Source: Burkholderiales bacterium (GTDB taxonomy: Bacteria > Pseudomonadota > Gammaproteobacteria > Burkholderiales > Burkholderiaceae_C). Taken from it: a stretch of DNA of 64,000 bases. Shown piece after piece: positions 38,264 through 47,294 of the stretch; the first letter of the stretch is position 1, and each line of letters begins with the position of its first letter. The position numbers and the translations under genes were made by a program. Location of the stretch: contig JAKFVA010000009.1 in NCBI GenBank assembly GCA_021732385.1, forward strand, positions 66,985-130,984, read 5' to 3'. A model generated the notes under the pieces. That model saw nothing but the letters and a program-made list of their open reading frames with translations. It did not search any database and was not told the DNA's origin.

Positions 38264-39312
38264 CGGTTGTACTTGGCCTGGAAGGCTTTGTACGAGTCGT
38301 GGACTTTCTTGGTGAGCGGGTCTTTGGCTATGGCTTCGGCCAGCACCTTGTCGGTCTCGGCGCGCAGCGCCTTGATGACGGCATCGGGCAGCGGCTTGGC
38401 AATCACCTTTTGGTTGTTGATGAGGTCTTCCATGGCGTCAGAGTTAGCCTTTTGGCACCAGCCCTCGCTGATGACGTTGCAGGCGGCGGCGGCGTTTTCC
38501 ACCACGGCTTGCAGGTCTTTAGGCAGCTTTTGCCAGGCGGCTTTATTAACCAGCAGCTCGGACACGGTGGCGGGCTCGTGCCAGCCGGTGGTGTGGTAGA
38601 ACTTGGCGGCTTTTTGCAGGCCCAGGCGGCGGTCTTGAAACGGGCCGACAAACTCGGCCGCATCAATCACGCCGCGCTCCAGCGCCGGGAAAATCTCGCC
38701 GCCGGGCAGCACTTTCACGTCCACACCCAGCGCGGCATACACCTTGCCGGCCAGGCCAGGGATGCGCATTTTCAGGCCCTTCAGGTCAGCCACGGTCTTG
38801 ATTTCTTTCTTGAACCAGCCCGTCATTTGCACGCCGGTGTTGCCGCAGGGCATGGCCACCATGCCAAACGGCTCATACACCTCGTTCCACAAATCAATAC
38901 CGCCGCCGTCGTAAAACCAGCCGTTCATGCCCTGAAAGTTCATGCCAAACGGCACGGCAGTGAAGTACTGGGCGGCAAAGGTCTTGCCCGTCCAGAAGTA
39001 GCTGTTGGCGTGATTCATCTCCACGGTGCCCGCGCGCACGGCGTCAAAGCCCTCAAAAGCGGGCACCAGCTCGCCTGCGCCAAACACCTGAATCTTCAGC
39101 CGCCCGCCCGACATGGCGTCGATTCGCTTGGCCAGGTCAGTGGCGCTGCCGGGGCCGTCAAAATAAAACGGTGAGCCCTTGGGGTAGGCGCTGGTCATTT
39201 TCCAGGTGAAGGTGGCGGACTGGGCGCGGGCCACCAGGGGCGCGGCCAGCCCCGCAGTGGCAACGCCCGCAGCGAGCCCACGGGACACGAATCGGCGGCG
39301 GTCAAATGTCAT
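38215..39312 (-). CDS. TRAP transporter periplasmic substrate-binding protein (DctP family) with Tat signal
   Basis: 365 aa. The twin-arginine signal is MTFDRRRFVSRGLAAGVATAGLAAPLVARA. The DctP-type body includes WKMTSAYPKGSPFY and GGRLKIQVFGAGELVPAFE. Confidence 0.85.
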   Translation of the reverse strand: MTFDRRRFVSRGLAAGVATAGLAAPLVARAQSATFTWKMTSAYPKGSPFYFDGPGSATDLAKRIDAMSGGRLKIQVFGAGELVPAFEGFDAVRAGTVEMNHANSYFWTGKTFAAQYFTAVPFGMNFQGMNGWFYDGGGIDLWNEVYEPFGMVAMPCGNTGVQMTGWFKKEIKTVADLKGLKMRIPGLAGKVYAALGVDVKVLPGGEIFPALERGVIDAAEFVGPFQDRRLGLQKAAKFYHTTGWHEPATVSELLVNKAAWQKLPKDLQAVVENAAAACNVISEGWCQKANSDAMEDLINNQKVIAKPLPDAVIKALRAETDKVLAEAIAKDPLTKKVHDSYKAFQAKYNRWSTYSETAYHNKVQA

Positions 39313-39355
39313 GCGAATCTCCTGAAGTTATAGGTAAGTGAGGTGGCAACTGACT

Positions 39356-39371
39356 TGCAACTTGCGTGCCC
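39356..39371 (-). promoter_or_regulatory. Candidate sigma-54 (-24/-12) promoter for the TRAP operon
   Basis: The minus strand reads GGGCACGcaagTTGCA against the consensus TGGCACG-N4-TTGCW, with correct GG-N10-GC spacing. The -12 element is about 45 nt upstream of the dctP-like ATG. Confidence 0.5.
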
Positions 39372-39402
39372 GCTGGCTTGAAATGACCACCTGACGCTCC
39401 TG

Positions 39403-39635
39403 AATAGATAGTAAAAAACCATAGCGTTACCCGCACGTCTGTATTGGCTTAAAGCACAAAACAAGGCCTGAAAAATGCCCTAAAAGTCTAAAAAATCGGT
39501 TTTTGCAGCCGCCCTTGGGCTGAAAGTGCTTGAAAATGCCCAAAAAAGACGCTTTTTGGCCTGTTTTTAACAGTCAAAACAGCCCTCAGACCAATACAGA
39601 CGTGCGGGTAGCGCTATGGTTTTTTGCTATCTATT
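39403..39635. mobile_element. MITE-like element, copy B (best preserved)
   Basis: The left end aatagatagtaaaaaaccatagcgttacccgcacgtctgtattgg (39403-39447) matches the reverse complement of ccaatacagacgtgcgggtagcgctatggttttttgctatctatt (39591-39635) with 2 mismatches in about 45 bp. The interior is AT-rich, partly self-complementary and has no credible ORF. Confidence 0.75.
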
Positions 39636-41535
39636 TTTTGCCTTCTGATGCGCCTTTTGCCACCCCGCCCGCGCTGCCCGCCGCGTACTCGGGCACCTGG
39701 GTACGCAGCCAGGTGCGCAGGGTGTCGCTGGCGGGCGCGGGGCCGGCCTGCGCAATCCAGGCCACCACGTCGGCGACGTTCAGCGCCGCCGGGCACGCCG
39801 CGGCGGCGCTGCCAGGCGGGCTGCCAGGCGAGCTGTCAAGAGCGCCGCTGGCAGCCTTGGCAATGCGCAGCTTAGGGTGCGGCGTGGGTTCGGTGGTTTC
39901 GTCGTCGGCCAGCAGTTCTTCGAACAGCTTTTCGCCAGGGCGCAGGCCAGTAAAGCTGATGGGAATGTCCTGCTCGGTCTTGCCCGACAGGCGAATCAGC
40001 ATGCGCGCCAGCTCGACAATCTTCATCGCCTCGCCCATGTCCAGCACAAAAATCTGGCCACTCTTGCCCATCAGCCCAGCCTGCAATACCAGTTGCGCGG
40101 CCTCGGGAATGGTCATGAAATAACGCACGATGTCGGGATGCGTCACGGTGACCGGGCCGCCGCGCGCAATCTGCTGGGTGAACAGCGGCACCACCGAGCC
40201 ACTGCTGCCCAGCACGTTGCCAAAGCGCACCGACAGGTACTCGGTCTTGGGGTACTCCAGCGCCACCGCCTGCATGACGCGCTCGGCCAGGCGCTTGCTC
40301 GCGCCCATCACATTGGTGGGGTTGACCGCTTTGTCAGTGGAAATCAGCACCACGCGTTTGGCGCCGCAAGCGCCAGCCACCCGCGCTACATGCAGCGTGC
40401 CCAGCACGTTGGTGCGCAGCGCCTCAATCTCGTTGAGCTCCTCCATCAGCGGCACATGCTTGTAGGCGGCGGCGTGGAACACCACGGCAGGCGCATGCAG
40501 GCGGCAAATGGCTTCCAGGCGGTCGGCCTCGCGCACATTGGCGGTGTAGTACAGGCCCTGCATTTGCGGGTGGGCGGCGCGCAGCTCTTGCTCCAGCGCA
40601 TAGGCGGCGTATTCGGACACATCCACGCAGACCAGTTTTTTCACGCCAAAGCGCGCAATCTGGCGACACAGCTCGGAGCCAATCGAGCCGCCCGCGCCGG
40701 TCACCAGCACAGTCTGGCCGCTGAGCAAATCCGACAAGCCGGCGGCATCCAGCTGCACCGGATTGCGGCCCAGCAAATCCTCCAGCTCAATCTTGCGCGG
40801 GCCAGCCGATTCGGTACGCAGCCATTCGTCAGGGCGCGGCATGGTCAGCAGGCTCAGGCCCGCGTGATGGGTTTGCAGCAGCACCGCGCGCCGCACGGCT
40901 GAACCGGCGGGGCTGGCCACCAGTACGGTACTGGCACCACTGAACTGCGCTAGCGCATTCAGCCGCTCGGTGCCGCCCAGCACCGGCACGTTTTGAATCG
41001 AGCGGCCCAGCTCAGTGACCAGCGGCGAGACAATGCCTACCGGTTGCCATTGCTGCGAGCCCTTCAAGGCGCGCAACGCGTCGGATGCGTCTTGCAGTGT
41101 GCCCACAATTAAAAGTGGCTGGCCATGCTGCACACCCAGGGTTTGGCGCTCGGCCAACGTGCGCCATGCCGCGCGCACTGCGGCCAAAAATATCAGCGAG
41201 ATCAGCGGGTGCAGGAGCAGCACCGAGCGCGGCACGGCGGTGTAGCGCAGCATGACAATGGTGGCGGTTACCAGCAGCGCACTGAACAACACCCAGCCTG
41301 CCAGCTGGCGCAGCTCTGGCAGGCCAATAAAGCGCCACACCTGGCGGTACACCCGCCCCAAACTCAGCCCCAAAGCAAAGCAGGCCAGCACCAGCGCACT
41401 GGTGCGCCACACCAGCGGCTCTACCGCTGTGGGCACGTCCAGGTTGTAGCGCAGCCACCAGGACAACCACCAGGCCAGCACTACCAGCGCCAAGTCAAGC
41501 GCCAGCAGCAGCCAGATGTCGCTACGCCAGCGCAC
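39631..41535 (-). CDS. Membrane-anchored nucleotide-sugar 4,6-dehydratase (CapD / PglF / WbpM family)
   Basis: N-terminal TM helices are followed by two Rossmann-like regions. Motifs are VLVTGAGGSIGSELCRQI, MGASKRLAE and FGNVLGSSGSVVPLF. The start is uncertain (GTG 41535 or up to 41598). The stop codon lies in the outermost bases of MITE copy B. Confidence 0.85.
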   Translation of the reverse strand: MRWRSDIWLLLALDLALVVLAWWLSWWLRYNLDVPTAVEPLVWRTSALVLACFALGLSLGRVYRQVWRFIGLPELRQLAGWVLFSALLVTATIVMLRYTAVPRSVLLLHPLISLIFLAAVRAAWRTLAERQTLGVQHGQPLLIVGTLQDASDALRALKGSQQWQPVGIVSPLVTELGRSIQNVPVLGGTERLNALAQFSGASTVLVASPAGSAVRRAVLLQTHHAGLSLLTMPRPDEWLRTESAGPRKIELEDLLGRNPVQLDAAGLSDLLSGQTVLVTGAGGSIGSELCRQIARFGVKKLVCVDVSEYAAYALEQELRAAHPQMQGLYYTANVREADRLEAICRLHAPAVVFHAAAYKHVPLMEELNEIEALRTNVLGTLHVARVAGACGAKRVVLISTDKAVNPTNVMGASKRLAERVMQAVALEYPKTEYLSVRFGNVLGSSGSVVPLFTQQIARGGPVTVTHPDIVRYFMTIPEAAQLVLQAGLMGKSGQIFVLDMGEAMKIVELARMLIRLSGKTEQDIPISFTGLRPGEKLFEELLADDETTEPTPHPKLRIAKAASGALDSSPGSPPGSAAAACPAALNVADVVAWIAQAGPAPASDTLRTWLRTQVPEYAAGSAGGVAKGASEGKK

Positions 41536-43027
41536 GCTCGTCCTCTGCCAGCACCAGCGCACGGCGCAGGTAGTCGACCACACGCTGCAACTGGGCATCA
41601 GTCAGGTTGGAGCCCGAAGGCAGGCAAATGCCCGCATGAAACAGCCCCGCCGACACATCGCCGCCAATTTCATGCGGGAAATACGCCGCCTCTTTGTACA
41701 GCGGTTGCAGGTGCATGGGCTTCCATACCGGCCTGGCCTCGATGGAGTGGCGCTCGAGCGAGCGCATGACCAGTTCGCACTTGAGCGCGGCGTTGGGGCC
41801 AGCCAGCGTGAGGCAACTGAGCCAGCGGGTGGAGTGGTAGCCCTCTGGCTCGGGCATCCACTGCACCTGCGGCAAATCAGCCAGCGCGGCGCGGTAAATC
41901 TGGTGCACCCGGCGGCGCTGCTCAACCCGCTGCTTGAGCACCCGCAACTGGCCGCGGCCAATACCGGCCAGCACATTGCTCATGCGGTAGTTGAAGCCCA
42001 GTTGTGTGTGCTCGTAATGCGCTGCCGGTTCACGCGCCTGGGTGGACAGCTTGCGCGCACGCTGCATCAACGCCGGGTCTTGCGAGACCAGCATGCCCCC
42101 ACCCGAGGTGGTGATGATCTTGTTGCCATTGAAAGAAAACACACCCACCTGGCCAAAGGTGCCGCTGGCGCGGCCCTGGTAGCTCGCGCCCAGGGATTCG
42201 GCGGCGTCCTCCAGCACCGGCACGCCGTAGCGCTGGCAAATGGGCAGCAGCGCATCCATGTCGGCGCTTTGCCCATACAGGTTGACGACGATGACGCAGC
42301 GCGGCAGGCGCTGGTGCTGCGCCGCCCAGGCCAAGGCCCGCTCCAGCGCGGCGGGCGACATGTTCCAGGTGGCGGGTTCGGCGTCAATAAAAACCGGCGT
42401 GGCACCGCAGTACAAGACCGGGTTGCAACTGGCTACAAAAGTCAGCGACGAGCAAAACACCGTGTCACCCGCCTGCACCCCCAGCAGCAGCAGGCCCAGG
42501 TGAATCGCGGCTGTGCCGGAGCTCACCGCCGCTGCGTGCCCGCTGCCCACATGCTCGGCCAGCTCGCGCTCAAAACCATCCACATGCGGGCCCAGCGGCG
42601 CGATCCAGTTGCTCTTGAAGGCGTCTTCGACAAAAGCGGTTTCCTCAATGCCCAGGTGCGGCGAAGAAAGCCAGATGCGCTGCGTGAGTTCGCGCCGCGA
42701 CACTATGTCAACCGGGTGAAGTGCCGCAGACAAAACTGGCACGTGGTCAATCTGGTGCTGGTCCATGAGTGCCAGCACCTGCGCGGCAGACGCCGACTCA
42801 CTGACCGTCAAAGGCGTCAGTTCTGGCAATGAATCGAGGCAGGCGTTTTCATTGATGTTGGCCAGGATGGCGCGGCGCAGATCGCCATCGGTCACGGTGC
42901 GGCGCAGGCGGCCGTCGGGATGCAGCGCCAGCAGCACGCCGCGCCCGCTCACATTCAGCGCGAGCAGCGCCTCGCGCAGCTTGCTGCTGGCGGGCACGCA
43001 CAAACGCGCAAATTCCTGTGCCGTCAT
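41522..43027 (-). CDS. CBS-pair domain fused to a DegT/DnrJ/EryC1-family PLP sugar aminotransferase (PglE/LegC-like)
   Basis: The ATG at 43027 (MTAQEF) overlaps the upstream stop (ATGA). Residues ~1-120 form a CBS pair (GRGVLLALHPDGRLRRTVTDGDLRR; IDHVPVLSAALHPVDIVSRREL). The aminotransferase core follows (SSGTAAIHLGL, DMDALLPI, FSFNGNKIITTSGGGML). Confidence 0.85.
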   Translation of the reverse strand: MTAQEFARLCVPASSKLREALLALNVSGRGVLLALHPDGRLRRTVTDGDLRRAILANINENACLDSLPELTPLTVSESASAAQVLALMDQHQIDHVPVLSAALHPVDIVSRRELTQRIWLSSPHLGIEETAFVEDAFKSNWIAPLGPHVDGFERELAEHVGSGHAAAVSSGTAAIHLGLLLLGVQAGDTVFCSSLTFVASCNPVLYCGATPVFIDAEPATWNMSPAALERALAWAAQHQRLPRCVIVVNLYGQSADMDALLPICQRYGVPVLEDAAESLGASYQGRASGTFGQVGVFSFNGNKIITTSGGGMLVSQDPALMQRARKLSTQAREPAAHYEHTQLGFNYRMSNVLAGIGRGQLRVLKQRVEQRRRVHQIYRAALADLPQVQWMPEPEGYHSTRWLSCLTLAGPNAALKCELVMRSLERHSIEARPVWKPMHLQPLYKEAAYFPHEIGGDVSAGLFHAGICLPSGSNLTDAQLQRVVDYLRRALVLAEDERALA

Positions 43028-43656
43028 TTTATTTTCCTGGCAGGCACGCCTGCGTATACGCCGGGCTGTGCCAGTGACTCGCACACCACCGAGCCGGCTC
43101 CCACCACCGCATCGGCGCAAATCGCCACCCCTGGCAGTACGCTGGCACCAGCGCCCACCAGCACGCCTGACCCAATACGAACCCCGCCGCCCAGCACTGC
43201 GCCGGGCGCGATGTGAGAGAAGTCACCTACGCTGACATCGTGATCCACCACAGCGCCATGGTTGACGATGACGCCAATGCCCAGCGCAGCGTTTGGTGCC
43301 ACCACGGCCTGCGCGGCAACAAAGCAACCCGCGCCCATGTGGGCATGTTCTGAAACGCTGGCCATGGGGTGAATGACGCTGACCAGGCACGCCATGCCCA
43401 CCTGCGCAGCGGCAGCCCGCCGGGCCGTGTTGTCGCCAATGGCAATGTGCACTTGCTGCGTGGCAGCCCAGACTGCGGGTGCAGCGTGCAGCGCGATGCC
43501 GGGCAGCAACTCGCCAGCGCAGCGCGCCGGGTCACGGTCGGTCGCGCTCACGCTGCGCCAGGCGGCCTGGCGCACGGCTGCATCGGCCACCACCCGGCCA
43601 TGCCCGCCAGCACCAAGAATCAGCAGCGCAGGCCGCGTTTTGTTTTCCGTATTCAA
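43024..43656 (-). CDS. NeuD/PglD-family hexapeptide-repeat sugar N-acetyltransferase
   Basis: 210 aa. The N-terminal Rossmann-like segment is LLILGAGGHGRVVADAA. The C-terminal left-handed beta-helix repeats are GVIVNHGAVVDHDVSVGDFSHIAPGAVLGGGVRIGSGVLVGAGASV. Confidence 0.8.
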   Translation of the reverse strand: MNTENKTRPALLILGAGGHGRVVADAAVRQAAWRSVSATDRDPARCAGELLPGIALHAAPAVWAATQQVHIAIGDNTARRAAAAQVGMACLVSVIHPMASVSEHAHMGAGCFVAAQAVVAPNAALGIGVIVNHGAVVDHDVSVGDFSHIAPGAVLGGGVRIGSGVLVGAGASVLPGVAICADAVVGAGSVVCESLAQPGVYAGVPARKIK

Positions 43657-44798
43657 TAGGTATTCACTTTTTCCAACAGCGCAGGCTCCAGTGGCAAGCT
43701 GGCCAGCAAACTGGCGATGCGCGGGGCTGAGTGGCCATCACCATAGATATTTTCACACGGGCTTCGGCCGCGCTGCAGGGCAACGCGCAAGGCGGTTTCA
43801 ATAGCCGCCGCATTGGCGGGAACATCAAGCACATTGGCATTGCGCTCGCGCAGCCGCTGGCGGTCGCCAATGTTCACCACCGGCGTGCCCAACGTAGCCG
43901 CTTCAATAATACCGGCCGAGGAATTTCCAGCCAGCAGTTCGCAATGCCGCAAGGCTGCTGCAAACAAAGGCCGCGCCAGATGCGTCAACTGGCGCGACCC
44001 GGCGGGCAGACGCGTGTCTTTCAATGTATCCAGCACGGCCAGCGAACCCGCATCGGCATTGGGTTCGAGCCAAACTACCGGCAGACCCACGGCGCTGAGC
44101 GCCTGCAGCAGCGCCTGCGTCTGCTCACCCGCGTGCTGCGCCTGCTGCACCACGGGGTGAAATACCGCCAGCACAAAGCGCGACGCTGGCACCAGACCCA
44201 GCGCAGCCATGCAGGCAGCGCGGGAAAGCCCGGCGCCCGCCGCCAAATCGTCCAGCCCCGGCGCGCCCGTCACGTGGATGCGCTCAGGCACTTCGCCCAT
44301 GGCAATCAGCCGCTGGCGCGCGCCTTGGGTGGCCACCAGGTGGTAACTGCTGAGTTTGCTGATGGCATGGCGCACCGGCTCGTCCACCGTGCCCGAACGC
44401 TCACCGCCATGAATATGGACACAGGCAATGCCCAGATGCAAGGCGGCGATGGCACCCGCCAGCATTTCACCGCGGTCCCCCAGCACCAGCAGCATGTCGG
44501 GCTGCTCGGCAGCCAGCACTTCGGTCACGCCACGCAAACACTCGGCAATGCCCAGCGCCATGCTGCGCTTGCTGCGCGTGTCCATGTCGAGTGGAACTTC
44601 GCCGCAGATGGCCAGGCCGCTGGCGCGAATCTCGTCAAGCGTATGCCCATGCGCATGGCTCAGGTGCATGCCGGTCACCAGCAAGCGCAGGCCAAGCCCC
44701 GGTGTGGCAGCAATACATGCCAAAGTACCGCGCAGCAGGCCAAAATCAGCGCGCGTTCCGCTCAAATAGATGATGCGGCGAACGGCAACCCCACTCAT
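43653..44798 (-). CDS. neuC: UDP-N-acetylglucosamine 2-epimerase (hydrolysing), NeuC/LegG type
   Basis: The ATG at 44798 (MSGVAVRRIIYLSGTRADFGLL) overlaps the neuB stop (ATGA). Motifs VTGMHL, LVLGDRGEMLAGAIAA, VHIHGGERSGTVDE and GNSSAGIIEA. Confidence 0.85.
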   Translation of the reverse strand: MSGVAVRRIIYLSGTRADFGLLRGTLACIAATPGLGLRLLVTGMHLSHAHGHTLDEIRASGLAICGEVPLDMDTRSKRSMALGIAECLRGVTEVLAAEQPDMLLVLGDRGEMLAGAIAALHLGIACVHIHGGERSGTVDEPVRHAISKLSSYHLVATQGARQRLIAMGEVPERIHVTGAPGLDDLAAGAGLSRAACMAALGLVPASRFVLAVFHPVVQQAQHAGEQTQALLQALSAVGLPVVWLEPNADAGSLAVLDTLKDTRLPAGSRQLTHLARPLFAAALRHCELLAGNSSAGIIEAATLGTPVVNIGDRQRLRERNANVLDVPANAAAIETALRVALQRGRSPCENIYGDGHSAPRIASLLASLPLEPALLEKVNTY

Positions 44799-45835
44799 GG
44801 CGGCCCGCCTTCTATGTGCGTCCATTGCAGCAATGTATGCGCCGTTATGGCGACCCGCGCGCGGCTGCCAATGACGCGCCCAAGCTCGCGTGGCGCAATG
44901 CCGGTGGCTGGCCGCCTGCAAACCAGCATGGTTGCCTCAATCAGGCTGCCCGCCGCAATGTCGCACGCCGCCGCAATGCTGCGCCGTGCCACTTGCGCCA
45001 CATCGCGCTCCTCGGCAGTAGGCGCTTTTACGCCATCGCCGAGCATGGCTGAAACACGGCGGATGCACTGGGTCATAAGTGCGAATTCATCCGGCTCCAG
45101 CGAGGCCGCGTGGTCGGGGCCAGGCAGCTTACGGTCCAGCGTGAGGTGCTTTTCTATCACGCTGGCACCCAGTGCCACGGCGGCCAGCGACGCCTCGATG
45201 CCCAGGCTGTGATCGGAGTAGCCCATAGCAACGCCCAGCGCCTGCGCCATAGTTTGAATGGCTTTCAAGTTGAGCGAGTCGTCGGGCGCTGGATAAGCTG
45301 AGGTGCAATGCAGCACTGTCACCTGCTGCAAGTGCCCCCTGGCGGATGAAACCCATTGCAGGGCCTCGCGGATTTCATCCATCGTGGCCATGCCGGTGGA
45401 TACCAGCAAGGGCACCTGCGCAGCCGCCGCATGCTCGACCAGTGCCCGGTGCGTGAGCTCGCCGGACGACAGCTTGAGCCTGCGTACACCCAGTGCCATC
45501 AGCAAATCCACCGCGGCCACAGAAAACGGAGTGGAGAAAAATTCAATGCCAATGGCTGCGCAGTGGGCCTTGATGGCCTGGTGGTCGGCCTGGGACAGCT
45601 CCAATCGCCTGAGCATTTCAAACTGGTCCTGCTCGCCGGTTTGCTGCGTTTGGTACCTGGCCGTGGGTGCGCCGGGCAGTACCAGGTCCTGCGCCCGGAA
45701 GGTTTGGAATTTGACGGCGTCCGCACCCGCCGCTACAGCAGCGTCGCACAGCGCCAGCGCCAGCTTGAGCTGCCCGTTGTGGTTGACACCTGCCTCTGCA
45801 ATGACAAATACGGGTGTGCTCACCATGCCGTCCAC
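44795..45835 (-). CDS. neuB: Nonulosonic acid (N-acetylneuraminate/legionaminate-type) synthase
   Basis: 346 aa. [56 protein letters not shown] and a C-terminal SAF-like domain. Confidence 0.9.
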   Translation of the reverse strand: MDGMVSTPVFVIAEAGVNHNGQLKLALALCDAAVAAGADAVKFQTFRAQDLVLPGAPTARYQTQQTGEQDQFEMLRRLELSQADHQAIKAHCAAIGIEFFSTPFSVAAVDLLMALGVRRLKLSSGELTHRALVEHAAAAQVPLLVSTGMATMDEIREALQWVSSARGHLQQVTVLHCTSAYPAPDDSLNLKAIQTMAQALGVAMGYSDHSLGIEASLAAVALGASVIEKHLTLDRKLPGPDHAASLEPDEFALMTQCIRRVSAMLGDGVKAPTAEERDVAQVARRSIAAACDIAAGSLIEATMLVCRRPATGIAPRELGRVIGSRARVAITAHTLLQWTHIEGGPP

Positions 45836-46608
45836 CCACCGTCGATGACCAGGTTGTGGCCTGTCACGTATTTGGCGGCGTCGCTTGCCAGGTAGCGCAT
45901 GCCATGCGCCATATCGGCCGCTTCAGCCATGCGGCCCAATGGCACACGGGCGGCGTAGTTGCTGGCAAAAATGTCGTTCTGGCCACTGAATACGCCGCCT
46001 GGTGTCACGCCATTGACGCGTACGCCACGGTGGCCCCAGTAGGTTGCGAGGTACAGCGTCAGCCCCCACAAGCCGGCTTTACTGGCGGCATAGACTGCCG
46101 GTGTGTTGATGGCACGCCCAAGGTATTGCGAGCCTTCGTAAATGCGCTGGTCAGGCCCCGAGATGCCGTAGATTGACAGGGTATTGACGATGCAGCCATT
46201 GCCCCGTGCTGCCATGTCGCTGCCGAAGGCCTGGGCACACAGCATCGCGCCAGTGAGGTTGACCGAAAGCACCTGGTTCCAGTCGTCCTGGGGGTAGCTT
46301 TCAAACGGCTCGAAAAAATTGTCTGACTTGGCCGCAGCGTTGTTCAGCAGTACATCGGCATTGCCCCAGCGACCAGCCAGCAACTGCTGCGCCTGTTGCA
46401 CAGATGCCTGCTGCGCTATGTCGCCAGCAAACGTCAGCAAGCCAGCGTGCAACGGGCCAAGCACATCTGCCAGCACGCCCGCGTCGCGGTCGATGGCGAA
46501 CACGCGGGCACCGGCTTCCAGGAAAATACGCACCGCCTCGCGGCCAATGATGCCGGCAGCGCCCGTCAGCACCACCACCTTGCCATCCAGCCGGAATGCG
46601 TCCTTCAT
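45820..46608 (-). CDS. SDR-family oxidoreductase (PtmA-like position in nonulosonate clusters)
   Basis: 262 aa. The TGxxxGxG motif is VVLTGAAGIIGRE. The catalytic YxxxK is YAASKAGL. NNAA is also present. Confidence 0.85.
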   Translation of the reverse strand: MKDAFRLDGKVVVLTGAAGIIGREAVRIFLEAGARVFAIDRDAGVLADVLGPLHAGLLTFAGDIAQQASVQQAQQLLAGRWGNADVLLNNAAAKSDNFFEPFESYPQDDWNQVLSVNLTGAMLCAQAFGSDMAARGNGCIVNTLSIYGISGPDQRIYEGSQYLGRAINTPAVYAASKAGLWGLTLYLATYWGHRGVRVNGVTPGGVFSGQNDIFASNYAARVPLGRMAEAADMAHGMRYLASDAAKYVTGHNLVIDGGWTAW

Positions 46609-47294
46609 GCAGCCACCTTTTTTCTCATGAGCAGTTCAACCAGTTCAAAGTCAATGGCGTGGTCGATATCAATCGACCGCTCCCGTGGCATGTCATACAG
46701 ACGCACACGCGGTGATGCCCACAGGGAGGCCGCCAGCGCCGGGCGGCGCCAGACATAAATTGAGGCGTTCATGGCGTAAACCTTGGGTGCGCCCTGGCGT
46801 CCCGCCACCTCGTGCTGCGGCACGCAAACCCGGCCAAAGTAGCCTTGGGCTTTTTCCTCCACCATGTTGAAGTAGGGATTTTTGTCTGATTCATACCCCG
46901 TAATCACCACATCGGCAGCGTCATCCAGCGCCGCCACGCAGGCCTGTATGTCCGCTACATCACGCAGGGGCGAAGTGGGGTCCAAGTCGATGACGGTGTG
47001 CACCGGGCCGGCATTGGCCTCGACCCACTCCACCAGGTGCTGGATAACGGGCACTTTTGCAGCATCAGCCGTAGCCAGCGCAGCCGGCCGCAGAAACGGC
47101 ACCTCGGCACCAAAACGCAGGGCCACGGCGGCAATCTCTTCGCTATCGGTAGAGACCAAAACGCGATCCGCCACGCCACTTTGCAGCGCCTGTTCAATCG
47201 TCCAGCCAATCAACGGCTTGCCCAGCAAGGCGCGGGTATTTTTTCCGGGCAACCCGGTTGAACCGCCACGGGCACAGATACTGATGATTTTCAC
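46605..47294 (-). CDS. Acylneuraminate cytidylyltransferase family (CMP-nonulosonate synthetase)
   Basis: 229 aa. MKIISICARGGSTGLPGKNTRALLGKPLIGWTIEQAL matches the CMP-NeuAc synthetase N-terminal signature. It has 4-nt overlaps on both sides. Confidence 0.85.
   Translation of the reverse strand: MKIISICARGGSTGLPGKNTRALLGKPLIGWTIEQALQSGVADRVLVSTDSEEIAAVALRFGAEVPFLRPAALATADAAKVPVIQHLVEWVEANAGPVHTVIDLDPTSPLRDVADIQACVAALDDAADVVITGYESDKNPYFNMVEEKAQGYFGRVCVPQHEVAGRQGAPKVYAMNASIYVWRRPALAASLWASPRVRLYDMPRERSIDIDHAIDFELVELLMRKKVAA

Noticed and set aside
39530-40123. 197-aa plus-strand ORF starting inside MITE copy B and running antisense into the CapD-like gene
   Set aside because: It starts in AT-rich repeat DNA and gives a low-complexity Ala/Ser/Pro translation. 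It overlaps the conserved C-terminal half of the dehydratase gene on the other strand.
41516-45212. Two long plus-strand ORFs (41516-42832, 438 aa; 43731-45212, 493 aa) antisense to the aminotransferase, neuC and neuB genes
   Set aside because: They are Arg/Gln/His/Ala-rich shadow ORFs. The minus-strand genes carry clear family signatures and coupled start/stop overlaps.
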